Origin: Verrucomicrobiales bacterium
GTDB taxonomy: Bacteria; Verrucomicrobiota; Verrucomicrobiia; Verrucomicrobiales; Akkermansiaceae
Direction of reading: 5' to 3'
Assembly (NCBI GenBank): GCA_038235225.1
Contig: JBBSUD010000002.1
Span: 16,270 to 80,269 of the forward strand
DNA: 64,000 bases
Position 1 is the stretch's first letter; each line of letters starts with the position of its first letter. Position numbers and translations under genes: made by a program. A model generated the notes under the pieces. That model searched no databases. It saw only the letters and a program-made list of their open reading frames with translations, and was not told the origin of the DNA. Of the stretch, positions 20,111 to 28,413 are shown piece after piece.

Positions 20111-20244
20111 GCTACTACGCCTTTGGTAGGTGCGGCGCGGGCGGCTGGGGAAAGTTTAACTTTTCCTGATATTCGATGCGTTTTCCCTTGACGCGGGGCG
20201 GACCTACTACTTATGTCGTCGCTAAGCGAAGCGATCCCCGCCAC

Positions 20245-20958
20245 ATGGCACGGCCCCTCCCCATTCCCTCGCATCCGTCCAACCTGGAACTCCAGGCGCT
20301 CACCGTCCTCTGGAACGAGGGACCATCTACGGTATCCGCAGTAGCGGATGGCCTGACCGATGGCCGGGACCGCGCCTACACCACCGTGCTCTCGGTGATG
20401 CAGAGCCTGGAGCGCAAGGGTCTGGTGGTGAAGGAACGCTCCGGCCGCGCGCATGTCTTCGAGGCGGCGATGCCGCGCGGGGAAATCGTCGGCCGCGCCA
20501 CGCGGTCCTTTCTAACAAACGCTTTTGGAGGACGCGCCGGTGAGGCAGTCCTCGCCATCCTCTCCAACGCCGAACTAACGCCGGAAGAGAAAACGAACAT
20601 CGAACGCGAACTCCAACGAACCAAAACTATGGCTGCAAAAAAAACAGCGAAGAAGGCCGCGGCCAAGACCGCCAAGAAAGCCGCGAAGCCGGCTGCCAAG
20701 AAAGCACCGGCCAAGAAGGCCGCCGCTAAAAAGGCAGCCAAGAGCGCGGCCAAATCCCCCGCCAAGAAGGCCGCCGTGAAGAAGGTGGCCAAGAAGGCGG
20801 TGAAGAAAACCGCCAAGAAGGCCGCTAAAAAAGCCGCGAAGAGCGCGGGCGCCGCCACCGCGGCCCCGAAGAAAACCGTCGCCAAAAAGGCCGCCGCCAA
20901 ATCCGCTCCGGCGAAGAAGGCGGCCAAAAAGACGGCGAAAAAAGCTGGCAAAAAATAA
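20245..20958 (+). CDS. BlaI/MecI/CopY-family regulator fused in frame to a Lys/Ala-rich histone H1-like tail
   Basis: ELQALTVLWNEGPSTV...RAYTTVLSVMQSLERKGLV..RSGRAHVF, then 109 aa of AKK/PAKK repeats starting at internal ATG 20629. Confidence 0.85.
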   Translation: MARPLPIPSHPSNLELQALTVLWNEGPSTVSAVADGLTDGRDRAYTTVLSVMQSLERKGLVVKERSGRAHVFEAAMPRGEIVGRATRSFLTNAFGGRAGEAVLAILSNAELTPEEKTNIERELQRTKTMAAKKTAKKAAAKTAKKAAKPAAKKAPAKKAAAKKAAKSAAKSPAKKAAVKKVAKKAVKKTAKKAAKKAAKSAGAATAAPKKTVAKKAAAKSAPAKKAAKKTAKKAGKK

Positions 20959-21012
20959 ACCCTCTCCCGGTCCTGCGGGCACATCGCCGCGGGCGGTTCC
21001 GGGGTTCAACAA

Positions 21013-21046
21013 GGGCGGGGAATCTCCGGATTCCCCGCCTTTTTTC
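21013..21046 (+). terminator. Rho-independent terminator
   Basis: 11-bp stem GGCGGGGAATC/GATTCCCCGCC with a TCCG loop, followed by T6. Confidence 0.85.
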
Positions 21047-21060
21047 GTCGGAAAAAGGGG

Positions 21061-21090
21061 TTGCATGGCGGCGCGGGACCGTCCTAGTTT
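21061..21090 (+). promoter_or_regulatory. Putative sigma70 promoter of tRNA-Val
   Basis: TTGCAT-N18-TAGTTT followed by a GC-rich discriminator. Confidence 0.45.
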
Positions 21091-21116
21091 CGCCCGCCCC
21101 GAGCGGGGCGCCGTTC

Positions 21117-21191
21117 GCGCGGTTAGCTCAGTGGTAGAGCACCTCCCTGACACGGAGGGGGTCACTGGTTCGAACCCAGTATCGCGCACCA
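21117..21191 (+). tRNA. tRNA-Val(GAC)
   Basis: Acceptor stem GCGCGGT/ATCGCGC, D-loop AGCTCAGTGGTAGAGC, anticodon arm CCTCC-CTGACAC-GGAGG, GGTTCGAAC, encoded CCA. Confidence 0.97.
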
Positions 21192-21219
21192 TCCTCCTTT
21201 CCCAAGTCCGCCGTCCGTT

Positions 21220-22071
21220 TTGACTTCCGCGCCTCCAGCCGGGCCGCCGGCCCTCGCCGAGCTCGAAGCCCTGATCCGCCTCCTTGATGACGAAACCCCG
21301 GAGGTGCGCGAAAGGGTCGCGGCACGCATGGCGCTCTGTGGCGGGGATTTGAGCGAATGGCTCGCCTCCCATTCGCGCCCTCTCAGCCTGCGGGAAAAGT
21401 TCATACTGGCGGAAATGCTGCGCCCTGCGCTGCGGGAAAATCTTTCGCGGGAATGGATCGCCCCCACTGGCGGGGCGGCTGCCTTGCAGGAGGATTGGGA
21501 ATCCTTCGAGGCGCTGCTGCGGCTTCTGTCGGATTTCCTGCACGATGGCATCACGCTGCGCCAGCCGCTGTCCGACGCGCTCGACCTGTTGGCGGAGGAG
21601 GCGGCGCAGGCCGGCATCCGCACCGCCCGCGCCCTCGGGGATTTTCTTTTCCCGGACCGGCTGGAGCCAAACGCCACAAGCTACTACGACCCTAGAAACT
21701 CGGACCTCGCGTGGTGCCTCGCGGCCGGCCGCTCGAATCCGCTGGGCCTTTGCCTCATCTTCATCCTCGTCGGCCGGCGGCTGGACCTGGAGGTGGAAGG
21801 CGTGAATTTCCCCGGCCATTTCATGTGCCGCATTTATGAAGACGGATGCCCGATCGTTGTCGATTGCTTCGATGGCGGGCAGCTTCACTACCAAGGCACG
21901 CTGCTGGAGAGTCCGGAACTCGACCGCCGCCGCAAGGCGATCCTGCGGGAAACGGCCGGCCCCGGCGAAATCCTCCTGCGCTTGCTGGGGAATTTACGCA
22001 AATCCCTGGCCGACGCCGGCCGGAAGGAAGACCAGCAGCTCGTCACCCGGCTGCTCAAGACGCTGGCCTGA
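21220..22071 (+). CDS. Transglutaminase-like / SirB1-family protein (start uncertain)
   Basis: YYDPRNSDLAWCL..GRSNPLGLCLIFILVGRRL...GVNFPGHF...VDCFDGG...ILLRLLGNL. Confidence 0.8.
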   Translation: MTSAPPAGPPALAELEALIRLLDDETPEVRERVAARMALCGGDLSEWLASHSRPLSLREKFILAEMLRPALRENLSREWIAPTGGAAALQEDWESFEALLRLLSDFLHDGITLRQPLSDALDLLAEEAAQAGIRTARALGDFLFPDRLEPNATSYYDPRNSDLAWCLAAGRSNPLGLCLIFILVGRRLDLEVEGVNFPGHFMCRIYEDGCPIVVDCFDGGQLHYQGTLLESPELDRRRKAILRETAGPGEILLRLLGNLRKSLADAGRKEDQQLVTRLLKTLA

Positions 22072-22165
22072 GCGCCGAGATTCCGGGTTGCGCGGCCCCC
22101 GCAGGCTGGCCAATCTTGCCCGGTAACCGGACGCCCGGACGCGCCCGGAAGATTTCCAAGCAATC

Positions 22166-22828
22166 ATGAATAACTCACCCGGCGAGCCGTCGCAATCCGC
22201 GCGGGAACCTGGCGGTTCCGTCAGCCCGGAATTCCCAACGGATGATCCGGATGACGATTTCCGGCTCGTTGCCCTCGCCCAACAAGGGGACATGAGCGCC
22301 TACGACGAGCTCGTGACCCGCCACCGGGGAAGAATTTTCGCCATGATCCGCAACATGATCCACCAGGAAGCCGACGCGTGGGACCTCGCCCAAGAGGTCT
22401 TCATCAAGGCATGGAAGGCGTTGCCGAAATTCGAGGCGAAGGCGCGCTTCTCGACGTGGATCTACCGGATCGCCCACAACTGCGTCTATGATTGGGCGCG
22501 CAAGCGGAAGCTGCGCAGCGCCGGCGAACTGAATGACGAGATTTTCCAACGGGAGCGCATTGATCCCGCTTCCTTCACCACCCCGTCCGGCGGCGAGTCG
22601 CCGGACGTGACGATGGCGCACGGCGAGTTGCGCGTAAAAATCGAAACCGCTCTCGGCAAGCTCTCCGCGGAGCACCGGGAGGTTGTCGTCCTCAAGGACG
22701 TGCAGGGCTTGTCCTACAAAGAAATCGCCGAGGCCATGTCCTGCAACCTCGGCACCGTGATGAGCCGCCTCTACTACGCGCGGCAAAAACTCCAAGCAAT
22801 GCTCAAAGATGAATACGAATCTCGATGA
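22166..22828 (+). CDS. ECF RNA polymerase sigma factor (RpoE/SigW-like)
   Basis: AYDELVTRHRGRIFA, DAWDLAQEVFIKAWKAL.KF...FSTWIYRIAHN and LSYKEIAE.M.C.LGTVMSRLYYAR. Confidence 0.93.
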   Translation: MNNSPGEPSQSAREPGGSVSPEFPTDDPDDDFRLVALAQQGDMSAYDELVTRHRGRIFAMIRNMIHQEADAWDLAQEVFIKAWKALPKFEAKARFSTWIYRIAHNCVYDWARKRKLRSAGELNDEIFQRERIDPASFTTPSGGESPDVTMAHGELRVKIETALGKLSAEHREVVVLKDVQGLSYKEIAEAMSCNLGTVMSRLYYARQKLQAMLKDEYESR

Positions 22829-23423
22829 AACCACCCTGGCCCTATGGCTGGAAGACGAACTGACCGGCCCTTCGCTAGCGGCAGCCGAGGCGTGGGCGGC
22901 CGGGCAGCCGGACCAGCTTGCCGCCCGCGCGGCCATACGCTCTTGGCGGGCCACCATTGCCGCCGCCATCCCGGCGTCCGAGGAGCCGCCTTATCCGGAT
23001 TTCTTCAACAGCCGCGTGCTGCAAGGCATTCGCGAGTCCGCGCCCGCCGCCGCGCCGGAGCCCGCCCGCCGGGCCGTGCCGTTTTGGAAATCCTGGTTCC
23101 TGCCCGCCGCCGCCTGCGCGGGCATGGCGTTGGCATTCTGGGCCGGCACCATATCCTCCCCCGCCCCGGCAAACGTCGCGAGGCAGACAAATCCGCCGCA
23201 GGCAGCCGCCGCCCCGGTCGTTTACACCCCGGAAAAGGGCGTGAAAGCCGAGTGGTTCGCCAGCTCGCCGGCATCCGCGACGGTCATCGTTCTCAATGGC
23301 GTCGCCGCCATTCCGGATTCCACGGATTTCACCGAAACCGCCTGGCTGCCAACGCCCGGCGAGGCGGATTCCACCGCCGCCCTGGACCGAGAATCCCCGG
23401 CCATCGAACGCCTCACGCCATGA
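22809..23423 (+). CDS. Putative membrane-bound anti-sigma factor
   Basis: Overlaps the ECF gene. N-terminal ASD-like LALWLEDEL and a single TM segment (WFLPAAACAGMALAFWAG). Confidence 0.65.
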   Translation: MNTNLDETTLALWLEDELTGPSLAAAEAWAAGQPDQLAARAAIRSWRATIAAAIPASEEPPYPDFFNSRVLQGIRESAPAAAPEPARRAVPFWKSWFLPAAACAGMALAFWAGTISSPAPANVARQTNPPQAAAAPVVYTPEKGVKAEWFASSPASATVIVLNGVAAIPDSTDFTETAWLPTPGEADSTAALDRESPAIERLTP

Positions 23424-23932
23424 CCATCGCCCGCCGCCGCTGGATCGGAGTGATATTTCTCGCCCTCTTTGCTGGTCCTACCGCCGCCCAGGACGATCCG
23501 GGGAAAACGGTCATCGGTCAGGTGCGCGTGGCGGTCTATTACGGGACCGACGGCGACGTGAAATCCGCCGGAGCGAAGGTCTCCCCGGTCGATGCCGCCA
23601 CCGCCACCCGCCTCCGTGGCGAGGCGCGCCTCCGCTTCAAAAGCTACGTTCTGCTGGGCCAGGACACCCAGCCGCTCCTGCGCAGCTACGAGAACTGGGT
23701 CCAGCCGCTGCACCCTTCTGACGAAGTGCTCGTCCGCTTCGAGGCCCGTGCCAAGCCTACCAAGGCGTTCACCCCGCTCGATCTGGAACTATGGCTCAGC
23801 CGCAAGAAAATCCTCAAGACCGATGCCCGGCTCGAAGGCGGCAGGCCGCTCTTCGTCCTCGGTCCGGAGTGGCGCGGTGGACGCCTCATCATCGCCGTAT
23901 CGCTTGCACCCAAGGCGAAACCCAAGTCATAG
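23420..23932 (+). CDS. Hypothetical exported protein
   Basis: ATGA overlap with the previous gene and a signal-like N-terminus. Confidence 0.7.
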   Translation: MTIARRRWIGVIFLALFAGPTAAQDDPGKTVIGQVRVAVYYGTDGDVKSAGAKVSPVDAATATRLRGEARLRFKSYVLLGQDTQPLLRSYENWVQPLHPSDEVLVRFEARAKPTKAFTPLDLELWLSRKKILKTDARLEGGRPLFVLGPEWRGGRLIIAVSLAPKAKPKS

Positions 23933-23939
23933 TCCCGCC

Positions 23940-24635
23940 ATGAAACACACGCTCGCGTTTTGGATGGCCCTCGCGATTTTCGCGCAGGCGGAGAAACTCA
24001 AATTCGACTCCCTGCTCAAGGAAATCTCCGCCAGCCCGGAAGCCAAAACGGTAGTCACCGATTTCAAATTCACCAACGCGAGCAACAAGCCCGTCACCAT
24101 CACGAAGAGCGATCCCGGCTGCTCGTGCCTCCACGTCCAAGTCCAAGGCGGCAAGCTCACCTACGCTCCCGGCGAGGATGGCCTCATCCGCACCACCTTC
24201 GATATGGGAAATTTCTCCGGCACCGTGGACAAGGTCGTGGCCGTCTGGCTGGACGACGACCCGCAGGACCATCCATCGCTGCGCCTCACCTCCCGCGTCC
24301 ACATCCCCGTGCTGGTCAATCTGGAACCGAAAACCGTCGCCTGGGAAATCGGTGCCAAACCATCGCCGCAAGTCATCGCAATCAAGATGATGGAGGGTCA
24401 GGAAATCCATGTGAAAGGCGTGTCCTCTTCCAATCCTGTTTTCGCCTGCACCCTCGCCACCGTCAAGGAAGGCAGCGAATACAAGCTCACCGTCATCCCC
24501 GCCGCCACGGACAAAGCCGGCATCGCGGTGATCCGCATCGAGACCGATGCGAAGTCGGCCAAGCACCGTCTCGCCCAGGCCTTCGGCGTCGTCCGCAAGA
24601 ACGCAGCCGGCGTCCAACAGGCCTCCTCCCGGTGA
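23940..24635 (+). CDS. DUF1573 domain-containing protein
   Basis: FKFTNASNKPVTI..SDPGCSCL......YAPGEDG.I...FD.G.FSG...K, plus a signal peptide. Confidence 0.85.
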   Translation: MKHTLAFWMALAIFAQAEKLKFDSLLKEISASPEAKTVVTDFKFTNASNKPVTITKSDPGCSCLHVQVQGGKLTYAPGEDGLIRTTFDMGNFSGTVDKVVAVWLDDDPQDHPSLRLTSRVHIPVLVNLEPKTVAWEIGAKPSPQVIAIKMMEGQEIHVKGVSSSNPVFACTLATVKEGSEYKLTVIPAATDKAGIAVIRIETDAKSAKHRLAQAFGVVRKNAAGVQQASSR

Positions 24636-25078
24636 TGCGCGCGCCCGCCCAACTCGCCGCCATCCTGGTGATTTCCGCCGCTGCGGCCGGGGGAACCTAC
24701 CTTGTGAAAGGTCCGCCGGCGCGCAAGCTCGCTTGCGATCCCACCACCCTCAAACCGGGTGAAATCTGTCTTTCCCAGATCCCCGCCGACGCCGTCGTGC
24801 TCTGGGTCGATGCCCGCCAGCGGAAGGAATGGGAAGCCAATGGCGTCCCCGGCTCCGCCCTCTGGAACCTCGATCCCGGCGAGGACATGCAGGCTTTCGA
24901 GGCGGATGTCGCCATGCAGATCATGCAAACGCCGCGCGTCATCGTCTATTGTGGCGATGAGAACTGCGGACTCAGCCACCAAGTTGCCCTGCGCATCGAA
25001 GCTCTTCAACTCGGTGCCGATGTCTCCGTCCTCCGCGGCGGCTGGCGTGTCCTGCACGAAGCCGGACGGACGAAATAG
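24635..25078 (+). CDS. Rhodanese-like domain protein
   Basis: LWVDARQRKEWEANGVPGS, IVYCGDENCGLSHQVA and VLRGGW. Confidence 0.85.
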   Translation: MRAPAQLAAILVISAAAAGGTYLVKGPPARKLACDPTTLKPGEICLSQIPADAVVLWVDARQRKEWEANGVPGSALWNLDPGEDMQAFEADVAMQIMQTPRVIVYCGDENCGLSHQVALRIEALQLGADVSVLRGGWRVLHEAGRTK

Positions 25079-25178
25079 GCTGCGATCAGCGCGAGCGAAT
25101 TGTTTCGGGTTTCTTAATCATTGACCTGTCCCCGCATCCGCGATAACCCAGCCAGCGAACGCGAATCCGCCCCGGCTC

Positions 25179-25667
25179 ATGAATTCCACCCGCACGCACG
25201 CCCGTCCGCCCGCCACCCGCGAATCGACCGCACGATGGTTGGAGCGTGAGGGATTTGTGGACGAGGAGGTTGTCGCCAACATCATCGCCGCCCCGCATTC
25301 CCGCCGTGCCTCCGGGCAGCCGGACGATCTCGCGCTTGCCGCGGACGATATGGATTTCGCCGGTTGGAACCTTCCCGCCTTCGTCCGCACCGGGCCCCCG
25401 GAAATCCTTGCGGAACCCACCGCCCCCGTGGCCGGCCGCCTCCCCGCTCCCCCCGTCCCGCCATGGCGGAGGGAAGCGCCCGTGCCAGCCGCCGGCCGCC
25501 GCTGGTGGCTCGCGGCACTGGCCGGCGTCATCGCCACATTGCTTGTGTCCGCGGTCGTCGTCGCCCTCGCGCTCGGTGCGAAGAATCCTTTTTCCCTGCC
25601 GCCCGCCGGCGACCGCCCTGCCCCGCCGCACGGCGCCGCCCCCCTGCCTCCCGCCCCAGGCGATTGA
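25179..25667 (+). CDS. Hypothetical Pro-rich membrane protein
   Basis: ORF with one C-terminal TM segment; weak support. Confidence 0.45.
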   Translation: MNSTRTHARPPATRESTARWLEREGFVDEEVVANIIAAPHSRRASGQPDDLALAADDMDFAGWNLPAFVRTGPPEILAEPTAPVAGRLPAPPVPPWRREAPVPAAGRRWWLAALAGVIATLLVSAVVVALALGAKNPFSLPPAGDRPAPPHGAAPLPPAPGD

Positions 25668-25701
25668 CGGCGGGCGCGCCACCCGGCCATTCTCGCCGCG
25701 C

Positions 25702-26562
25702 ATGTCACGCCCCGGATTGATCCTCAAGCTGAGCTGCACGGACCAGCCCGGCATCGTCGCGAAAGTCGCCACCTACGTCGCCGGCCACCGCGGCAATCTG
25801 GTTGAATTCGCCCAATTCTCCGACCGGCTCGGCGGCAAATTCTTCGCCCGCTTGGAAATTGAAACCGCCGACCTCGACGTCGATGTTCAGGATTTCATCG
25901 ATGGGTTCGGCACGCTCGGCCGCTCGCTCCGGGCGGATTGGCACTTCCGCCGACTGCCCTACCGCATGAAAACCGCGGTCCTCGTCACCAAGACCGACCA
26001 CTGCCTTCACGAAATTCTCTGGCGCGCCGAACTCGGCGAATTGCCCATCGAGATCACCTCCATCATCGGCAACCGCGAGAACTGCCGCGCCGCCGCCGCA
26101 CGCGCGGAAATCCCCTTCCACCAGATTGAAATGGATGGCGACCGCCGCCCAGCCGGCTTCGTCGAAATCCGCCGCCTCGTCGAGGAGCAGGACGTCGAAC
26201 TCATCGTCCTCGCCCGCTTCATGCAGATCGTCCCCGACGATTTCTGCACTGATTTCTCCGGCCGCATCATCAACATCCATCACAGCTTTCTGCCCGCCTT
26301 CATCGGCGCCAATCCTTACCAGCAGGCTTACGCCCGCGGCGTGAAACTCATCGGTGCTACCTGCCACTACGTCACCGCGGACCTCGATGCCGGCCCCATC
26401 ATCGAGCAGGAGGTGGAGCGCGTGCAGCATTTCCACACGCCCGCCGATCTCGCCCGCCTCGGACGCCATTGCGAGCGCGCCGCCCTGGCCCGCGGCATCC
26501 GCTTCCACGTCCACGACCGCACCATCATCGACGGCCGCCGCGCCATCGTCTTCCCGGATTGA
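25702..26562 (+). CDS. purU: Formyltetrahydrofolate deformylase
   Basis: ACT domain LSCTDQPGIVA, VLVTKTDHCL, VLARFMQI, INIHHSFLPAFIGANPYQQAYARGVKLIGATCHYVT and LDAGPIIEQ. Confidence 0.97.
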   Translation: MSRPGLILKLSCTDQPGIVAKVATYVAGHRGNLVEFAQFSDRLGGKFFARLEIETADLDVDVQDFIDGFGTLGRSLRADWHFRRLPYRMKTAVLVTKTDHCLHEILWRAELGELPIEITSIIGNRENCRAAAARAEIPFHQIEMDGDRRPAGFVEIRRLVEEQDVELIVLARFMQIVPDDFCTDFSGRIINIHHSFLPAFIGANPYQQAYARGVKLIGATCHYVTADLDAGPIIEQEVERVQHFHTPADLARLGRHCERAALARGIRFHVHDRTIIDGRRAIVFPD

Positions 26563-26622
26563 ACGGGAAACTGGAGGCTTTACAAACCACCGGAGCCTGC
26601 CCATTTTCCCGCCCCGTTCCAA

Positions 26623-26712
26623 GGAGAGGTGGTCGAGTGGTCTATGGCACCTGATTCGAAATCAGACGTGGGGTAATACTCACCGTGGGTTCAAATCCCA
26701 CCCTCTCCGCCA
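26623..26712 (+). tRNA. tRNA-Ser(CGA)
   Basis: GGAGAGG/CCTCTCC acceptor stem, CGAGTGG D-arm, anticodon loop TTCGAAA, long variable arm, GGTTCAAATCC, encoded CCA; 90 nt. Confidence 0.95.
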
Positions 26713-27102
26713 AGAAACCCGATTCCACAAGGATTCCAGCGCTCCATGGCTAACGGATTCAGGGTTTCCGCGAATCTCTCGCAGCGCCCAAAGTGCGATG
26801 AAATGCGCGAAAATGCCTATTCTATTGCACCGTCCGTTGCACGGTGGAGTTCCGCTGCTGACGGTCCCACTGGTTGCTCGGTGACCGGGTCCGAATCGGG
26901 CTCGAAGGTCGATCATCGCACGGGGCGGGAGTTGCCGTGCAACACGCCGATGCGCGGTTGGATATTCGGACGATCTTTCCCGGTCCAAAAATTGCAAGGA
27001 GGGCCGGAACGCCATCGATGCCCCATGCGTCTCCCACGAAGGTTGTTGGGCGGAGAAATGGGGGGTGCGTTAACCATAGAACGCACCGTTGTTTTAGTAC
27101 TA

Positions 27103-28130
27103 TCAGGCCGGCTTGCCGAGTAGGCGGGTGGTCCGTCTCACTCCGAAGCGGCAGGCCGCTTGTTTCCACACGAGTCGGATTTCGTAGGTGTTGCCAGCGG
27201 CCAACTGCGAACTCGCGAAGTTCAACTGTTGCCAGCCGACTCTCTCCGCAGCCGCTTGATCACAGCAATCATCGACGACTTGCTGCCACAGCTTCCAGAC
27301 AGCGACGTGAGAAATGCCGAGTTCCCCCCCGATGCCGCGTTGTAACTTGTCACTCAACTTCAGTCGGGTGACGACAGCTCGTCGGAAAATGGTTCGGGTG
27401 TGCTGCACCATACGCTGACTGCGGAGAGGTTGGGGGCGACGGTTCTTTATCCAGCGGGGGCCATCGGATCCGCCCAAGAACCGGATCATCACGTCCATGG
27501 AGACGCTGTTATTCCGCGTTCCCTCGATCTTGGCGGGATCAAACTCGGCTTCGGCGATCTTCGGTAGCACTGCGGCCAAACCTTCTCCCCGGACGAGCCG
27601 CGCCAATTGCTGAAACGATCCCGCGCGGACGACCACCCGAGGACTCCACCCTTTCGCCGCGAGAAGCTCCGCGTAGGTCCGGGAGAACTGTCCGCCTGGC
27701 ATCAGCTCTCCACAGGGGTGTTTGGAGAAGAGGCTATCGATTCCCATATCGCCTTTCCAAGCCAGCATGGGCGCGGACATTGAGTAGCCGATTTTCCCGA
27801 GCGGATGGCATTTCATCCCGGCGGGAGCGGGGTCTTGACGGATGATCGCAAAATCCAACCTGCCGTCGGCGACGCAACGCGCTGCATCAAGGGTGCGGGA
27901 TTGCCCCAACTCCAGGACTACCTCGCCGAGAGCGCTTCGGCTCCCAGCCAGCTTTGGCAAGACGAGCCAGTCCACCACACTCGCGGATGCACCGATGCGC
28001 ACTTTCATCGGTCGCCCGGACATAGATTCCCGGAAATCATCCAACTCCGAGAAGTGTCGGCGGATAGTCCCGGCGAGCTGATGCCCTTCACCCGTGATCT
28101 CGGTGGTTTGGGGCGGTGCTGGTATCGGCT
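27103..28130 (-). pseudogene. LysR-family regulator relic: N-terminal HTH lost, C-terminus fused in frame to an unrelated HTH-like fragment
   Basis: Linker/effector domain ITGEGHQLA...VRIGASASVVDWLVLPKL...GRLDFAIIR...SFQQLARLVRGEGLAAVLP, with an in-frame TGA just upstream of the linker. Confidence 0.7.
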
Positions 28131-28413
28131 GCGATCATCTGATCCCGAACATTGGCAATCAGTGGCAGGGAGTTCGCGCCAATTACCCCGGGGGCGAAAT
28201 TGAACATGAGAATCGCTGCCACCCAAGCCGCCAGCCTTCCTTGCACGCACCAAGGATCCCCATCAGGATTTGAGGGAAATCGCGTTGAGCTCGGGCGCAT
28301 ATCGACGAGCGAACCCGCCTCGCCCGGGGATGTTCCGGCAGGGGCGTGATGCTCAACTTCGATTTCCACCGGCACTTTCTGATCCCCAAGACTTCCATTC
28401 CGGCTTCTAGATA

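Noticed and set aside
20629-20958. AAG/GCC-rich periodic DNA as a CRISPR or satellite array
   Set aside because: The repeats are codon-level (Lys/Ala) and degenerate, with no constant repeat-spacer structure.
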